Below, one piece after another: positions 27,312-37,789 of a stretch of DNA of 64,000 bases (position 1 is its first letter; the number at the start of each line of letters is the position of its first letter). The notes beneath the pieces were generated by a model, which worked only from the letters and a program-made list of their open reading frames with translations, was not told where the DNA came from and did no database searches. This DNA is from Gammaproteobacteria bacterium (GTDB taxonomy: Bacteria > Pseudomonadota > Gammaproteobacteria > Tethybacterales > Persebacteraceae), in assembly GCA_965243565.1 (NCBI GenBank), contig OZ251571.1, forward strand, positions 321,523-385,522, read 5' to 3'. Both the position numbers and the translations under genes were made by a program.

Positions 27312-29163
27312 TATCCGCGATACATCTAAGCCAACGGAACCACAAATTAAAGTGGGTATTGGTATTGATTTAGGCACCACCAATTCTTTGGTTGCGGCGG
27401 TCATTGCCGATACCAACAAGCCGATGACATTGGCTGTTGATAATGAACAAACAATGTTGCCATCGGCAGTCTATTATTCGGCAGATAGCAAGCCCATTAT
27501 TGGCAGTGAGGCGTTGGCAAAACAACAGGATGACCCTGAAAATACGATGGTATCCATTAAGCGACTCATGGGTAGAAGCCATCAAGATGTTGCGGCTGAT
27601 TCTCACTTTCAATACGTTGAGGGTGATGGTATGGTGCGGATAAAAACATCGGCTGGCAATAAAAGTCCGGTTGAAATTTCGGCTGAGCTCTTAAAATTTT
27701 TGGCAACCAAGGCACAGCAGCAACTGGGGGTAGATAGGGTTGATGGAGTAGTCATCACAGTGCCTGCACGATTTGACGATGCTCAGCGACAAGCCACCAA
27801 AGATGCGGCGAAATTGGCGGGTTTATCGGTACTAAGATTACTCAATGAGCCTACTGCGGCAGCAGTGGCGTATGGTTTGGACAATGCCAAAGAAGGAATT
27901 TATGTTGTTTATGACTTAGGAGGAGGTACATTTGATATTTCGATACTACGTTTAACCGGCGGTGTTTTTGAAGTTCTAGTAAGTGATGGCAATACGCATT
28001 TGGGTGGCGATGATTTTGACAGTGCTTTATTGAAAATAATTCAAAAAAAATTAAACATTACAGCCGATTTAAGCAATGCCGACTATATTCGTTTACAAGC
28101 AAGTGCTAAAAAAGCCAAAGAAAATATTACCGATACCGATGCTCCCTATGTATTACAAGTTGATTTATCGATTGGTAGTAAAAAAGGAGAAATTACCCCT
28201 GATGATCTTGCCCAAGCCTGCAACGCCTTAACAGCGCAAACATTGGCCATTTTAAAAAATGCCATTCAAGAGGCAAGTATTGATTTGGACGACATCGAAG
28301 GCATTGTGCTGGTGGGCGGTAGCACTCGTCTAAAATCGGTCATGACAGCAATCAAAGACTATTGTCAAAGACCTATTTACAACCATATTAACCCCGATGA
28401 GGTAGTTGCCTTGGGTGCGGCATCACAAGCAGATGTCTTAATCGGCAATTGTCGTCAGGGCAATTGGTTATTGCTTGATGTGGTGCCACTGTCCTTGGGG
28501 CTAGAAATAATGGGTGGCTTGGTCGAAAAAGTCATTGCACGTAATTCCACTATTCCTATCGTTAAAAGCCAAGAATTTACGACTCACGCGGATGGTCAAA
28601 CTGCCATGCGTATTCATGTCGTTCAAGGCGAGCGAGAGCTAGTAGCAGATTGCCGTTCATTGGCAACATTAACATTATCAGGTATTCCACCAATGGCTGC
28701 TGGATTAGCACGGATTTGTGTCGATTTTCAGGTGGATGCAGATGGTTTATTATCGGTTACTGCCACTGAATTAAGCACCGGCGTTAAAACCAGTATCGAA
28801 GTTAAGCCGAGTTACGGTTTAGAAGCAGAAGATTTTTCTTTGATGCTGAAAGAAGCCTATAGTAATGCCAATGAAGATTGGCAAGCGCGTGTATTGGCAG
28901 AAGCGAAATTTGACGCAAGTTCATTGCTTGATTATCTCAAACAGACAATGGAAACAGGGAAAAAATTACTTACCGAACAAGAAAAAGAGGCTTTCACCAA
29001 TAAAATGGCTGAACTCTTGGTTACTCTTAACAATGATGATACACAGACCATTCAAACGCAGACTAAGACGCTGCAAAAACTATCCGAATCCTTTGCTTCA
29101 CGTCTGATGAACGCCAGCATTCATGACTATGTGGTTGGCAAGCGTTTAACTGATATACAGTAG
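27298..29163 (+). CDS. hscA: Fe-S protein assembly chaperone HscA (Hsp70 family).
   Basis: '[13 protein letters not shown]', 'DLGGGTFD' and 'VLVGGSTR' Hsp70 motifs. Follows hscB. Confidence 0.9.
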   Translation: MALVNIRDTSKPTEPQIKVGIGIDLGTTNSLVAAVIADTNKPMTLAVDNEQTMLPSAVYYSADSKPIIGSEALAKQQDDPENTMVSIKRLMGRSHQDVAADSHFQYVEGDGMVRIKTSAGNKSPVEISAELLKFLATKAQQQLGVDRVDGVVITVPARFDDAQRQATKDAAKLAGLSVLRLLNEPTAAAVAYGLDNAKEGIYVVYDLGGGTFDISILRLTGGVFEVLVSDGNTHLGGDDFDSALLKIIQKKLNITADLSNADYIRLQASAKKAKENITDTDAPYVLQVDLSIGSKKGEITPDDLAQACNALTAQTLAILKNAIQEASIDLDDIEGIVLVGGSTRLKSVMTAIKDYCQRPIYNHINPDEVVALGAASQADVLIGNCRQGNWLLLDVVPLSLGLEIMGGLVEKVIARNSTIPIVKSQEFTTHADGQTAMRIHVVQGERELVADCRSLATLTLSGIPPMAAGLARICVDFQVDADGLLSVTATELSTGVKTSIEVKPSYGLEAEDFSLMLKEAYSNANEDWQARVLAEAKFDASSLLDYLKQTMETGKKLLTEQEKEAFTNKMAELLVTLNNDDTQTIQTQTKTLQKLSESFASRLMNASIHDYVVGKRLTDIQ

Positions 29164-29273
29164 TATAAAAATATAAAAAACACGTTTTTAGTCTCCTTGT
29201 GTTTTTAGCCATTTACTTTTTTTTATTTTCCTAGTATAATTAATAAGGGACTACAGATAGGTATTTATCAAAC

Positions 29274-29325
29274 AATTGTCTAAATATTGTCTATATATTG
29301 TTGTTTTCTTGTCTATATCCTGTTG
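29274..29325 (+). promoter_or_regulatory. Three 'TTGTCTA(A/T)ATA' repeats upstream of nrdA, possibly NrdR-box-like operators.
   Basis: 'ttgtctaaata' (29274), 'ttgtctatatattgttg' (29287) and 'ttgtctatatcctgttg' (29309), the last two 22 bp apart. They are half-palindromic toward the NrdR-box 'acaCaAtATaTtGtgt'. Confidence 0.3.
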
Positions 29326-29372
29326 AAAAGTTGTATAAAAATTTATTTTGACTCAATAATAAAGGGATAATA

Positions 29373-32294
29373 ATGGGGAGTTTGGATCAGGAATACGGCG
29401 TACAATCAAGCATACAATCGGCTGATGTACAGCAAAATAAAATATTTTCTTCGGGCATTGTTACACCAGAAGAAGACTACAAAATTATTCGTCGCAATGG
29501 TATGGTTGTGTCTTTTGACAGAACCAAAATAAAAGTTGCCATTACCAAAGCATTTTTAGCGGTACGTGGTCAAACTGTTGCCGATTCCACTGCCGTTCGT
29601 ACCATCATCGAACAAACCACTGAACAAGTTATTCAGGCGTTATTTCGCCGTAAAACTTTAATTGCGACATTCCACATCGAAGACGTACAAGACCATGTTG
29701 AGTTGGCATTAATGCGTGGTGGACATCATGATATTGCCCGCGCGTATGTATTGTATCGCGAAGCCCACACTAATAGTCGGCGGGATCAACTGGATGTTAT
29801 GGCGGAGCAAGAAATTTACTTTGTTACCGAAGCTGGAATGCGCCAAATTTTGGATATTCATGTCTTGTCTGACCGTATTCAAATGGCATGTGCAGGACTT
29901 TTGGAGGTTGATTCAAAAAAATTACTCAAGATGACATTACGTGATTTGTATGATGGCATTAGCGAAAAAGATTTAAATACGGCATTGTTTATGGTGGCAA
30001 GGAGTTTTATCGAGCGTGAGCCTGAATACTCTTACGTGAGTGCGCGTTTATTATTAGACATGTTACGGCGGGAGATTTTTGGTTGTTACGTCCAACAATC
30101 GCAAATGGAAACGGAATACAAAGATCATTTGCAGCACATGCTAGAAAAAGGAGTGGCAGCCGAATTACTTGATGAACGTTTGTTAACAATTTTTGATTTG
30201 GAGCGTCTAGGCTTGACGTTAAATGCCTCCAGAGATTTGCAGTTTAATTATTTAGGCTTACAAACGCTTTATGACCGCTATTTCTTACATATCCGTGGGC
30301 AACGCATAGAAATGCCCCAAGTCTTTTTTATGCGGGTAGCGATGGGTTTGGCAATAGAAGAAGATGACCCTACCCAGCGAGCGATTGATTTTTATGAAAT
30401 GTTATCAACATTTCGTTTTATGAGCTCCACGCCCACCTTATTTAATTCGGGTACTCTGCGTTCACAGCTATCAAGTTGTTATTTAACCACCGTGCCAGAC
30501 GACTTAGACGGCATTTTTGAATCCTACAAAGAAAATGCTTTATTGGCAAAATATGCGGGTGGTTTGGGCAATGATTGGTCATCGGTAAGAGCCATGGGAG
30601 CACATATTAAAGGCACTAATGGTCAATCACAAGGCGTTATCCCCTTTTTAAAATTGGTCAATGACACAGCGGTTGCGGTTAACCAAGGCGGAAAGCGTAA
30701 AGGAGCGGTTTGTGCGTATTTAGAATCTTGGCATCTTGATATTCTCGACTTTCTTGATTTGCGTAAAAATTCGGGTGATGACAGACGTCGAACACACGAT
30801 ATGAATACGGCGAATTGGATTCCAGATTTATTCATGAAGCGCGTAATTGACGATAAAAATTGGACACTTTTTTCACCCAACGATGTGCCAGAACTTCACA
30901 GTTTATTTGGTGCTGCCTTCGAAAAAAAGTATGTCGAATACGAAGAAAAAGCCGCTGCTGGTGAACTTCGTAGCCAATCCATAGAAGCAGTTTCGTTATG
31001 GCGGCGTATGCTCACCATGCTATTTGAAACAGGGCATCCGTGGATTACCTTTAAAGACGCTTGCAATGTGCGCTCACCACAACAACACGTAGGAACCGTT
31101 CATTCCTCGAATCTATGTACCGAAATCACTCTTAATACCAATGCCGAAGAAATTTCCGTATGTAATTTGGGCTCGGTTAATTTGGTGGCACACATCAAAG
31201 ACAAACAGTTAGACACTGAAATGCTGGCAACCACTATAAAAACAGCCATGCGTATGTTAGACAATGTTATCGACATCAATTATTATTCGGTCGAAAAAGC
31301 CAAGCAATCGAATCTACGTCACCGTCCAGTTGGTTTGGGGATTATGGGTTTTCAGGATTGTTTATACGAGTTAGGTATTTCTTATTCATCCAATGAAGCC
31401 GTTGAATTTGCCGATAAATCAATGGAAAAAATTTGTTATGAAGCCTATTGGGCATCCACCGAATTAGCCGAAGAACGTGGTTCTTACGAAACGTTTTCGG
31501 GAAGTTTATGGGAACAGGGGATTATGCCTATGGACACTTTGCGTTTATTGGCAAAAGAGCGAGGTGATTCGGTTGATATGAGTGGCGAATTACTACCTAC
31601 TCAAAAAACACTCAATGGTCAATACTTACAAATTAATACCCAACAAACGTTGGATTGGGATGCCTTGCGTGGTCGTATTAAACAACATGGCATGAGAAAT
31701 TCCAATTGCACGGCAATTGCCCCCACTGCCACCATTGCCAATATTGTTGGTGTTACAGCATCCATTGAACCGACCTTTCAAAACATTTTCACCAAATCAA
31801 ATTTGTCGGGAGAATTTGTGGTGTCCAACCGTTATTTGGTTGATGAACTCAAAGCACTGGATTTGTGGGACGATGTCATGCTAGAAGACATTAAGTTTTT
31901 TGATGGACGATTAGATAAGATTGATCGTATTCCTCATTCCATTCGTCAAAAATACCCAACCTCATTTGAAGTAGATCCGTTTTGGTTAATCGAATGTGCT
32001 GCCAGAAGACAAAAATGGATTGATCAAGCGCAATCACTCAATTTATACATTGCCGCTCCTTCGGGCAAACTACTAGACGAAATGTATAAAACCGCATGGT
32101 TGCGTGGTTTAAAAACAACCTATTATTTACGCTCATTGGCAGCCAGCAGCACCGAAAAATACACCACTCGTACCGGGGCGCATAATTCAGTGGCAGCCAA
32201 TGGCGAGATGAATGGCTCCAATGGTTCCAATGGTGCTGATGCCCAACCACGTGCTTGTGCCATTGATGACACTGAATGTGAATCTTGTCAATAA
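29373..32294 (+). CDS. nrdA: Class Ia ribonucleotide reductase alpha subunit with tandem N-terminal ATP-cone domains.
   Basis: ATP cone 'KIIRRNGMVVSFDRTKIKVAI'. Active-site region 'NLCTEI'. C-terminal redox tail '...CAIDDTECESCQ'. Its 973-aa length is consistent with a duplicated ATP cone. Confidence 0.95.
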   Translation: MGSLDQEYGVQSSIQSADVQQNKIFSSGIVTPEEDYKIIRRNGMVVSFDRTKIKVAITKAFLAVRGQTVADSTAVRTIIEQTTEQVIQALFRRKTLIATFHIEDVQDHVELALMRGGHHDIARAYVLYREAHTNSRRDQLDVMAEQEIYFVTEAGMRQILDIHVLSDRIQMACAGLLEVDSKKLLKMTLRDLYDGISEKDLNTALFMVARSFIEREPEYSYVSARLLLDMLRREIFGCYVQQSQMETEYKDHLQHMLEKGVAAELLDERLLTIFDLERLGLTLNASRDLQFNYLGLQTLYDRYFLHIRGQRIEMPQVFFMRVAMGLAIEEDDPTQRAIDFYEMLSTFRFMSSTPTLFNSGTLRSQLSSCYLTTVPDDLDGIFESYKENALLAKYAGGLGNDWSSVRAMGAHIKGTNGQSQGVIPFLKLVNDTAVAVNQGGKRKGAVCAYLESWHLDILDFLDLRKNSGDDRRRTHDMNTANWIPDLFMKRVIDDKNWTLFSPNDVPELHSLFGAAFEKKYVEYEEKAAAGELRSQSIEAVSLWRRMLTMLFETGHPWITFKDACNVRSPQQHVGTVHSSNLCTEITLNTNAEEISVCNLGSVNLVAHIKDKQLDTEMLATTIKTAMRMLDNVIDINYYSVEKAKQSNLRHRPVGLGIMGFQDCLYELGISYSSNEAVEFADKSMEKICYEAYWASTELAEERGSYETFSGSLWEQGIMPMDTLRLLAKERGDSVDMSGELLPTQKTLNGQYLQINTQQTLDWDALRGRIKQHGMRNSNCTAIAPTATIANIVGVTASIEPTFQNIFTKSNLSGEFVVSNRYLVDELKALDLWDDVMLEDIKFFDGRLDKIDRIPHSIRQKYPTSFEVDPFWLIECAARRQKWIDQAQSLNLYIAAPSGKLLDEMYKTAWLRGLKTTYYLRSLAASSTEKYTTRTGAHNSVAANGEMNGSNGSNGADAQPRACAIDDTECESCQ

Positions 32295-32295
32295 A

Positions 32296-33702
32296 ATGAT
32301 TGCCCCTGTTATCATCAGCGATTCCATCAAGCAATGGCATGGTCGGGTGATTCACGGTGATAACCTAACTATTTTAAAGGAAATTCCCGATAATTCTGTT
32401 GAATTAATCTATATTGATCCACCCTTTAACACTGGAAAAGAGCAGTTTCGGCAGCGTATTAAGACAGTCGAAGTAACCACTGGTGATGGTGATAGAACTG
32501 GTTTTGGTGGCAAGCGATACAACACTACATTTGTCAATAAAAATGGTTACGCTGATTCCTTTGATGATTTTATAGGTTTTTTAGAGCCACGCTTGCGCGA
32601 GGCGCATCGCATTTTAACAAAAAATGGCAGTTTGTTTTTTCATATTGACTGGCGCGAATCTGCCAATTGTCGCTTGTTACTCGAAACTATTTTTGGCGGC
32701 AAACAACACTGTCTCAATGAAATTATCTGGGCCTATGACTACGGCGCCCGCTCGCAGAAAAAATGGTCACCGAAGCACGATAACATTTATTGGTTTGCCA
32801 AAGACCCTGCTAATTACTTATTTAATTACGACGCCATGGAGCGTATCCCCTATATGGCGCCTGAATTGGTTGGTGCCGAAAAAGCCGAACGTGGTAAAAC
32901 GCCAACCGATGTATGGTGGCATACCATTGTAGCAACCAATGGTAAAGAAAAAACAGGTTATCCCACCCAAAAACCGCTTGCCTTATTGCGATGGATAGTG
33001 GCGGTTCATTCCAATGTGGGTGATACGGTGTTGGATTTTTTTGCAGGCAGCGGTACAACGGGCGAGGCGGCTAAGCAACTGAACAGAAATTTTATTTTGA
33101 TTGATAAAAATGATGATGCGGTTGACACCATCAATAAAAGAATTAATTCTGACAATAAAAAGCAGGACAATATTTACACTTTAACGGAACAAGAAAAAAG
33201 CCTGCAAGCAAAAATTCAAACGTTGAAAAATAGCACCGATTATCGCCCTGATAAAACTATTTGGTCGGGCAGTCCTAACGCTTGGATGTTGACACTCCCT
33301 TCTGCTCGTAAAGGAAAATTAGGCAGAGAATTGGTGGTCGAATTACTGTATTTATTTTTAGGAGTGAAGTCCGAGAAAAAAGGCAAAGCAATAGCTGTAA
33401 AAAATAAAAAAATAGCAGCAAAATTTTCAATGCTTTGGGATACAAGCGTTTATAAATTTGAACAAATAAGACCAACATTTGATTATTACTGTTTTTTAGG
33501 TATATCGCCTAATAAATTTTATTTTTGGATAATTCCTGCCGAAGAATACGGAAATTTTGATAAGCAGCACAATGAACAATCTCGTTGGGTTGAATATAAT
33601 CCAAGCAAAAATAACGACAGTGCTATAAATTGGTCGCAGTATGGTGGTGATATTGCACAATTACAAGCAACAGATTTTAATTATGTAGAATTAGCAAATT
33701 AA
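32296..33702 (+). CDS. Beta-class (N6-adenine/N4-cytosine) DNA methyltransferase with an uncharacterised C-terminal domain of about 190 aa.
   Basis: Motif IV 'IYIDPPFNTG' precedes motif I 'VLDFFAGSGTTGEAA'. The ATG at 32296 is 1 nt after the nrdA stop; the longer ORF from 32212 overlaps nrdA. Confidence 0.8.
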   Translation: MIAPVIISDSIKQWHGRVIHGDNLTILKEIPDNSVELIYIDPPFNTGKEQFRQRIKTVEVTTGDGDRTGFGGKRYNTTFVNKNGYADSFDDFIGFLEPRLREAHRILTKNGSLFFHIDWRESANCRLLLETIFGGKQHCLNEIIWAYDYGARSQKKWSPKHDNIYWFAKDPANYLFNYDAMERIPYMAPELVGAEKAERGKTPTDVWWHTIVATNGKEKTGYPTQKPLALLRWIVAVHSNVGDTVLDFFAGSGTTGEAAKQLNRNFILIDKNDDAVDTINKRINSDNKKQDNIYTLTEQEKSLQAKIQTLKNSTDYRPDKTIWSGSPNAWMLTLPSARKGKLGRELVVELLYLFLGVKSEKKGKAIAVKNKKIAAKFSMLWDTSVYKFEQIRPTFDYYCFLGISPNKFYFWIIPAEEYGNFDKQHNEQSRWVEYNPSKNNDSAINWSQYGGDIAQLQATDFNYVELAN

Positions 33703-33761
33703 TAACAACAAACAGTCGGTAAAAGTAAACAAAAAAAACGAAAAATAAGGAAATACAAGGC

Positions 33762-34856
33762 ATGACATCAAAATTTGAAACACAAGATGAAATTAATTTA
33801 GACATATTAAAAACGGATACCGTGTATAACCAAAACAACTTTAGGCGTGTGCGTGTGGATGACAAAAGAATCATCAATTGTCGTGCTGATATTAACCAAT
33901 TGATGCCCATTAAGTACAGCTGGGCATGGGAAAAATACATTGCGGGTTGTGCCAATCAGTGGATGCCGAATGAAATAAGCATGCAACGCGATATTGAACA
34001 GTGGCGGAGAAAAGATTTTTTATCCGAAGAAGAACGCCACATGTTAAAGCGAAATTTTGGATTTTTCTCAACAGCCGAATCATTGGCGGCAAATAATATT
34101 ATATTGGGGACTTATCGATTAATCACCAACCCAGAATGCCGTCAATATTTACTGCGGCAGGCATTTGAAGAAGCCGTACACGTTCATGCGTATCAGTATA
34201 TTGTTGAATCGTTGGGCTTAGACGAAGGTGAAATTTTTAATATGTACATGGAAGTACCTTGTGTCCATAACAAAGATGCTTTTTGTTTGGAATATATCGA
34301 TACCTTAACTGATCCTGGCTTTATCACTGGCACAGAGAAATCTGATCGGCAGTTGTTAAAATCATTAATCGCTTTTTCAATGATTATGGAGGGCTTGTTC
34401 TTTTATGTTGGTTTTGTGCAGATTCTTGCATTGGGTAGGCGCAATAAAATGCCGGGTTGTTCAGAACAAATACAGTATATATTGCGCGATGAATCCTTGC
34501 ATTTAAATTTTGGGATTGATGTGATTAACCAAATTAAATTAGAAAACCCTTATTTGTGGACAGAAGATTTTAAAGAAGAGGTTTACGGTATGATGAAAAC
34601 AGCGGTTAATCTAGAATATCAATATGCAGAAGAAACAATGCATGATGGTATTTTAGGTTTGAGTTGTAGTTTGTTTAAAGAATTCTTACGTTTTGTTGCC
34701 AATCGTCGTTTGGAGCAAATTGGTTTAAAGCCTATTTTTGAAAATGCGACTAACCCATTTCCTTGGATGGGAGAAGTCATTGATTTGAAAAAGGAAAAGA
34801 ACTTTTTTGAAACACGTGTTGTTGAATACCAAACAGGCGGTAAACTTACGTGGTAG
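33762..34856 (+). CDS. nrdB: Class Ia ribonucleotide reductase beta subunit.
   Basis: Di-iron ligands '[17 protein letters not shown]' and '[14 protein letters not shown]'. C-terminal alpha-binding tail. Confidence 0.95.
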   Translation: MTSKFETQDEINLDILKTDTVYNQNNFRRVRVDDKRIINCRADINQLMPIKYSWAWEKYIAGCANQWMPNEISMQRDIEQWRRKDFLSEEERHMLKRNFGFFSTAESLAANNIILGTYRLITNPECRQYLLRQAFEEAVHVHAYQYIVESLGLDEGEIFNMYMEVPCVHNKDAFCLEYIDTLTDPGFITGTEKSDRQLLKSLIAFSMIMEGLFFYVGFVQILALGRRNKMPGCSEQIQYILRDESLHLNFGIDVINQIKLENPYLWTEDFKEEVYGMMKTAVNLEYQYAEETMHDGILGLSCSLFKEFLRFVANRRLEQIGLKPIFENATNPFPWMGEVIDLKKEKNFFETRVVEYQTGGKLTW

Positions 34857-34885
34857 TGGTCATAATTCTATAGAATTGACAAAAA

Positions 34886-34912
34886 AGCGGGTGGTTTTCC
34901 ACTCGTTTTTTT
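34886..34912 (+). terminator. Putative rho-independent terminator after nrdB.
   Basis: 'gcgggtgg ttttc cactcg' imperfect hairpin followed by TTTTTTT. Confidence 0.4.
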
Positions 34913-35813
34913 GTTATTATGTCGCATAATGAATAGCCGTATAATCAACTTGCTCAAAAAAATAGAGGTAACAATGCCGTATGTGCCAATTGATGAGTCT
35001 GAAAAAACCCTATGTCAGCAACTACAAAATGATTATGGATTGTTTGAAACACACACACAAGGCTGGTGTTTGAGGAAAAAAATAGAATGGTTGGATGCGG
35101 CGTATTTATCAGCTGAAATGGGGTGTGATGTCTATGCTTTTGACGAATTAACCAGCACCAGTAAAAAAGTAAAAAATTATGCTCCACCAACGGCTGTATT
35201 GGCGGAACATCAATCACAAGGACGTGGGCAACAAGCCAATCGTTGGTTGTCGATTCCTGCTGATGCCATTACTTTATCCATTATACTGCCTTGCCCTCCA
35301 ACCATAATGGGTTTATCCGTTGCCATTGGTGCGGCAATTTGGCAAAATTTAGATGCAAAAAAGCATTTATGTTTAAAATGGCCAAACGATATTTTGGATA
35401 TTCATCAAAACAAAGTAGGTGGTATATTAACGGAGGTACGAGGCGATGTAGTGATAGTTGGTGTGGGTATTAACCGTTTGATGACGACGACATTAAATCG
35501 ACAAATAACAGCAATGGGGCGACCAGCAAGTGGCTTAAATACGACGATGGGTAATGAGAAATCTCGCAATCAGCTAGCATTGGCAGTGCTAAAAGCAGTC
35601 TGCACAACAACGATGAATTTTCAACGCGGCTTGGTGGCTTATCAAGCCATCATTGACAAGGCACATCGCTATAAAAAAGGCGATAGATGTATAGATTCAA
35701 ACCAACAAGGAGAAATTTTTTCTCATATCAACAATGAAGGACTGTTTTGCACATTGCGTGGAAAAGAACAAAAAAGTTACATTAGTGCACAAGAGCAGGT
35801 TATATGTGGATAG
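34911..35813 (+). CDS. birA: Biotin--[acetyl-CoA-carboxylase] ligase lacking an N-terminal HTH. The true start is probably an internal Met (34926 or 34974).
   Basis: Biotin-ligase signature 'QGRGQQANRWLSIP' (cf. GRGRRGRxW). Followed by coaX, a common pairing. Confidence 0.7.
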   Translation: MLLCRIMNSRIINLLKKIEVTMPYVPIDESEKTLCQQLQNDYGLFETHTQGWCLRKKIEWLDAAYLSAEMGCDVYAFDELTSTSKKVKNYAPPTAVLAEHQSQGRGQQANRWLSIPADAITLSIILPCPPTIMGLSVAIGAAIWQNLDAKKHLCLKWPNDILDIHQNKVGGILTEVRGDVVIVGVGINRLMTTTLNRQITAMGRPASGLNTTMGNEKSRNQLALAVLKAVCTTTMNFQRGLVAYQAIIDKAHRYKKGDRCIDSNQQGEIFSHINNEGLFCTLRGKEQKSYISAQEQVICG

Positions 35814-36529
35814 CGGTTGATTCAGGCAATACTCGAATTAAATGGGCGTTAATCGATAATAACGATACAATTTTATCGATACATCACACTCCTAAAACGG
35901 ATATAACTCAACTAATAGCAGACAGTCAAAACGCTGACTGGGTTTGTATTGCCCATGTTGGAACGGATGATGAAAAAAAACAACTCGATCAACAATTGTC
36001 TGTCCATGTTCCCGTATTATTCTTAAAAAGTAAACGACAAGTCTTGGGATTAACCAATTACTATCAACCCGCTGATGCATTGGGGGTTGATAGATGGTTA
36101 TGCTTACTTGCAGCACGGCAATATTCGCTTCCGCTTATTGTTGTTAGTGCCGGGACGGCGGTTACGGTGGAATATCTATCAAACAATAGTGAGTATCATG
36201 GAGGCATTATATTGCCTGGACTGCGTTTAATGCAGTCCGTATTATCATCAGCAACGCCACTACCATTGGGTGATTTATGCAGTAACATCACGCTCAATTC
36301 ATCTATTCCTAATAATACCAACGACGCTATCGCAACAGGCATTTTAATGGCAGTGTGTGGGGCAATAGAGCGATTTAAACAATCCTGTAACAATGATGCC
36401 AGTATCATAATAACGGGTGGTGATGCTCCAATACTCGCCTCATTATTTCCTACTGCCACTATTGTTTCGGACTTGATTTTTCGGGGGATTATTCATTTAA
36501 AAAGAGGCGAATTAGCCAGTAGAAGTTAG
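35804..36529 (+). CDS. coaX: Type III pantothenate kinase.
   Basis: N-terminal 'MWIAVDSGNTRIKWAL' ASKHA motif. 241 aa. 'GIDRW' and 'ITGGDA' motifs. Confidence 0.85.
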   Translation: MWIAVDSGNTRIKWALIDNNDTILSIHHTPKTDITQLIADSQNADWVCIAHVGTDDEKKQLDQQLSVHVPVLFLKSKRQVLGLTNYYQPADALGVDRWLCLLAARQYSLPLIVVSAGTAVTVEYLSNNSEYHGGIILPGLRLMQSVLSSATPLPLGDLCSNITLNSSIPNNTNDAIATGILMAVCGAIERFKQSCNNDASIIITGGDAPILASLFPTATIVSDLIFRGIIHLKRGELASRS

Positions 36530-36576
36530 TTATTGTGCTAGAATTAGTATAAATTTGACGAATATATTTTGAATAG

Positions 36577-36594
36577 TGTCAACGATTTTTCAAT
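36577..36594 (+). promoter_or_regulatory. Candidate Pho box upstream of pstS.
   Basis: 'TGTCAAC gatt TTTCAAT' gives two 7-bp direct repeats with a 4-bp spacer, 42 bp upstream of the pstS ATG. Confidence 0.25.
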
Positions 36595-36635
36595 TTCGCA
36601 AGGGACATTAGATACCTAATAGAGAAGCAGATAAA

Positions 36636-37682
36636 ATGAAAAAAAGAAATCAAATACTATATACATTTTTTGCTTTTATATCATTGATTGTAACTATCGT
36701 CCCAGTATATGCTGATCGGGGTATCGAAATAGTTGGTTCTTCAACGGTTTATCCTTTTTCTACGGTAGTTGCTGAAAGATTTTCCCAAATCGTTGGTGGT
36801 AAAACCCCTAAAATTGAAGCCACTGGTAGTGGAGCGGGTATTAAACTATTTTGTGCAGGGGATGGAGAGGGTACCATTGACATCACTAATTCGTCTCGTC
36901 GCATGAAGGCTTCCGAGCAAAAAATATGTGCCCAAAGCGGTGTTAAAGACATCATTGAAGTTAAAATTGGTTATGATGGTATTGTCATTGCGCAATCGTT
37001 GTCGAGTGAAAAATTTGAATTAACGCCCAAAGAAATGTTTTTAGCATTGGCAAAATATGTACCCAATGCCTCAGGGAAATTAATTCGTAATCCAAACGAA
37101 ACTTGGAACAATGTCAACTCTGATCTTCCTAACACTCAAATTATACTTTACGGTCCGCCTCCCTCATCAGGTACACGCGATTCATTTGTTGAGCTGGTTC
37201 TTGAAGAAGGGTGTCAGAAATTTCCTTCAATAAAAGCCATTAAAGAACAAGATGAGAAAACATTCAAAGCAGTTTGTCACGGTATTCGAGAAGACGGTCT
37301 ATTTATCGAAGTGGGCGAAAACGACAATTTGATTGTACAAAAACTACACAACGAACCGCGGGCACTTGGGATTTTAGGCTATAGTTTTTTAGAGCAAAAT
37401 AGCGATAGATTACGTGGAATAGCAATCAGTGGTATTGAGCCAAAGTTTGAATATATTATTAGTAGAAAATACCCTATTTCACGTTCATTGTACTTGTATG
37501 TAAAAAAATCACATTTAGAATATAAGGGTAACCTGAGTGATTTTATTGATTTTTTTGTTAGCGAAGACGTAATGGGTGAAGACGGTCTATTAATTGACAG
37601 AGGACTCATACCATTATCAATAGATGAATATCATGAAGTCCTATCAGCCGTTGATGATAAGATACCAATGTTACAACTGTAA
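36636..37682 (+). CDS. pstS: Phosphate ABC transporter substrate-binding protein.
   Basis: Signal peptide. PBP-type 'GSSTVYPF' and 'ATGSGAG' motifs. Heads a pstSCAB-phoU array. Confidence 0.9.
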   Translation: MKKRNQILYTFFAFISLIVTIVPVYADRGIEIVGSSTVYPFSTVVAERFSQIVGGKTPKIEATGSGAGIKLFCAGDGEGTIDITNSSRRMKASEQKICAQSGVKDIIEVKIGYDGIVIAQSLSSEKFELTPKEMFLALAKYVPNASGKLIRNPNETWNNVNSDLPNTQIILYGPPPSSGTRDSFVELVLEEGCQKFPSIKAIKEQDEKTFKAVCHGIREDGLFIEVGENDNLIVQKLHNEPRALGILGYSFLEQNSDRLRGIAISGIEPKFEYIISRKYPISRSLYLYVKKSHLEYKGNLSDFIDFFVSEDVMGEDGLLIDRGLIPLSIDEYHEVLSAVDDKIPMLQL

Positions 37683-37789
37683 CAAAAGTATTCTTTTTTT
37701 TAACATTGTTGCGGTAGACATTTGCGAATAATAAAAACGTGGTATTTTAAATTATTGTGTTGTTTGAGTGTGTATGATAGCCGATATTC

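Noticed and set aside
29164-29372. AT-rich hscA-nrdA intergenic hairpin 'aaaaacacg...gtgttttt' considered as a terminator.
   Set aside because: The stem is short, the loop is long (~16 nt) and there is no clean T-tract. It is more likely part of the nrdA promoter region.
35291-35473. 60-aa ORF inside birA in another frame, and similar small internal ORFs throughout (e.g. 41599..42152, 43451..43651).
   Set aside because: They are embedded in or antisense to confidently assigned genes and have no supporting motifs.
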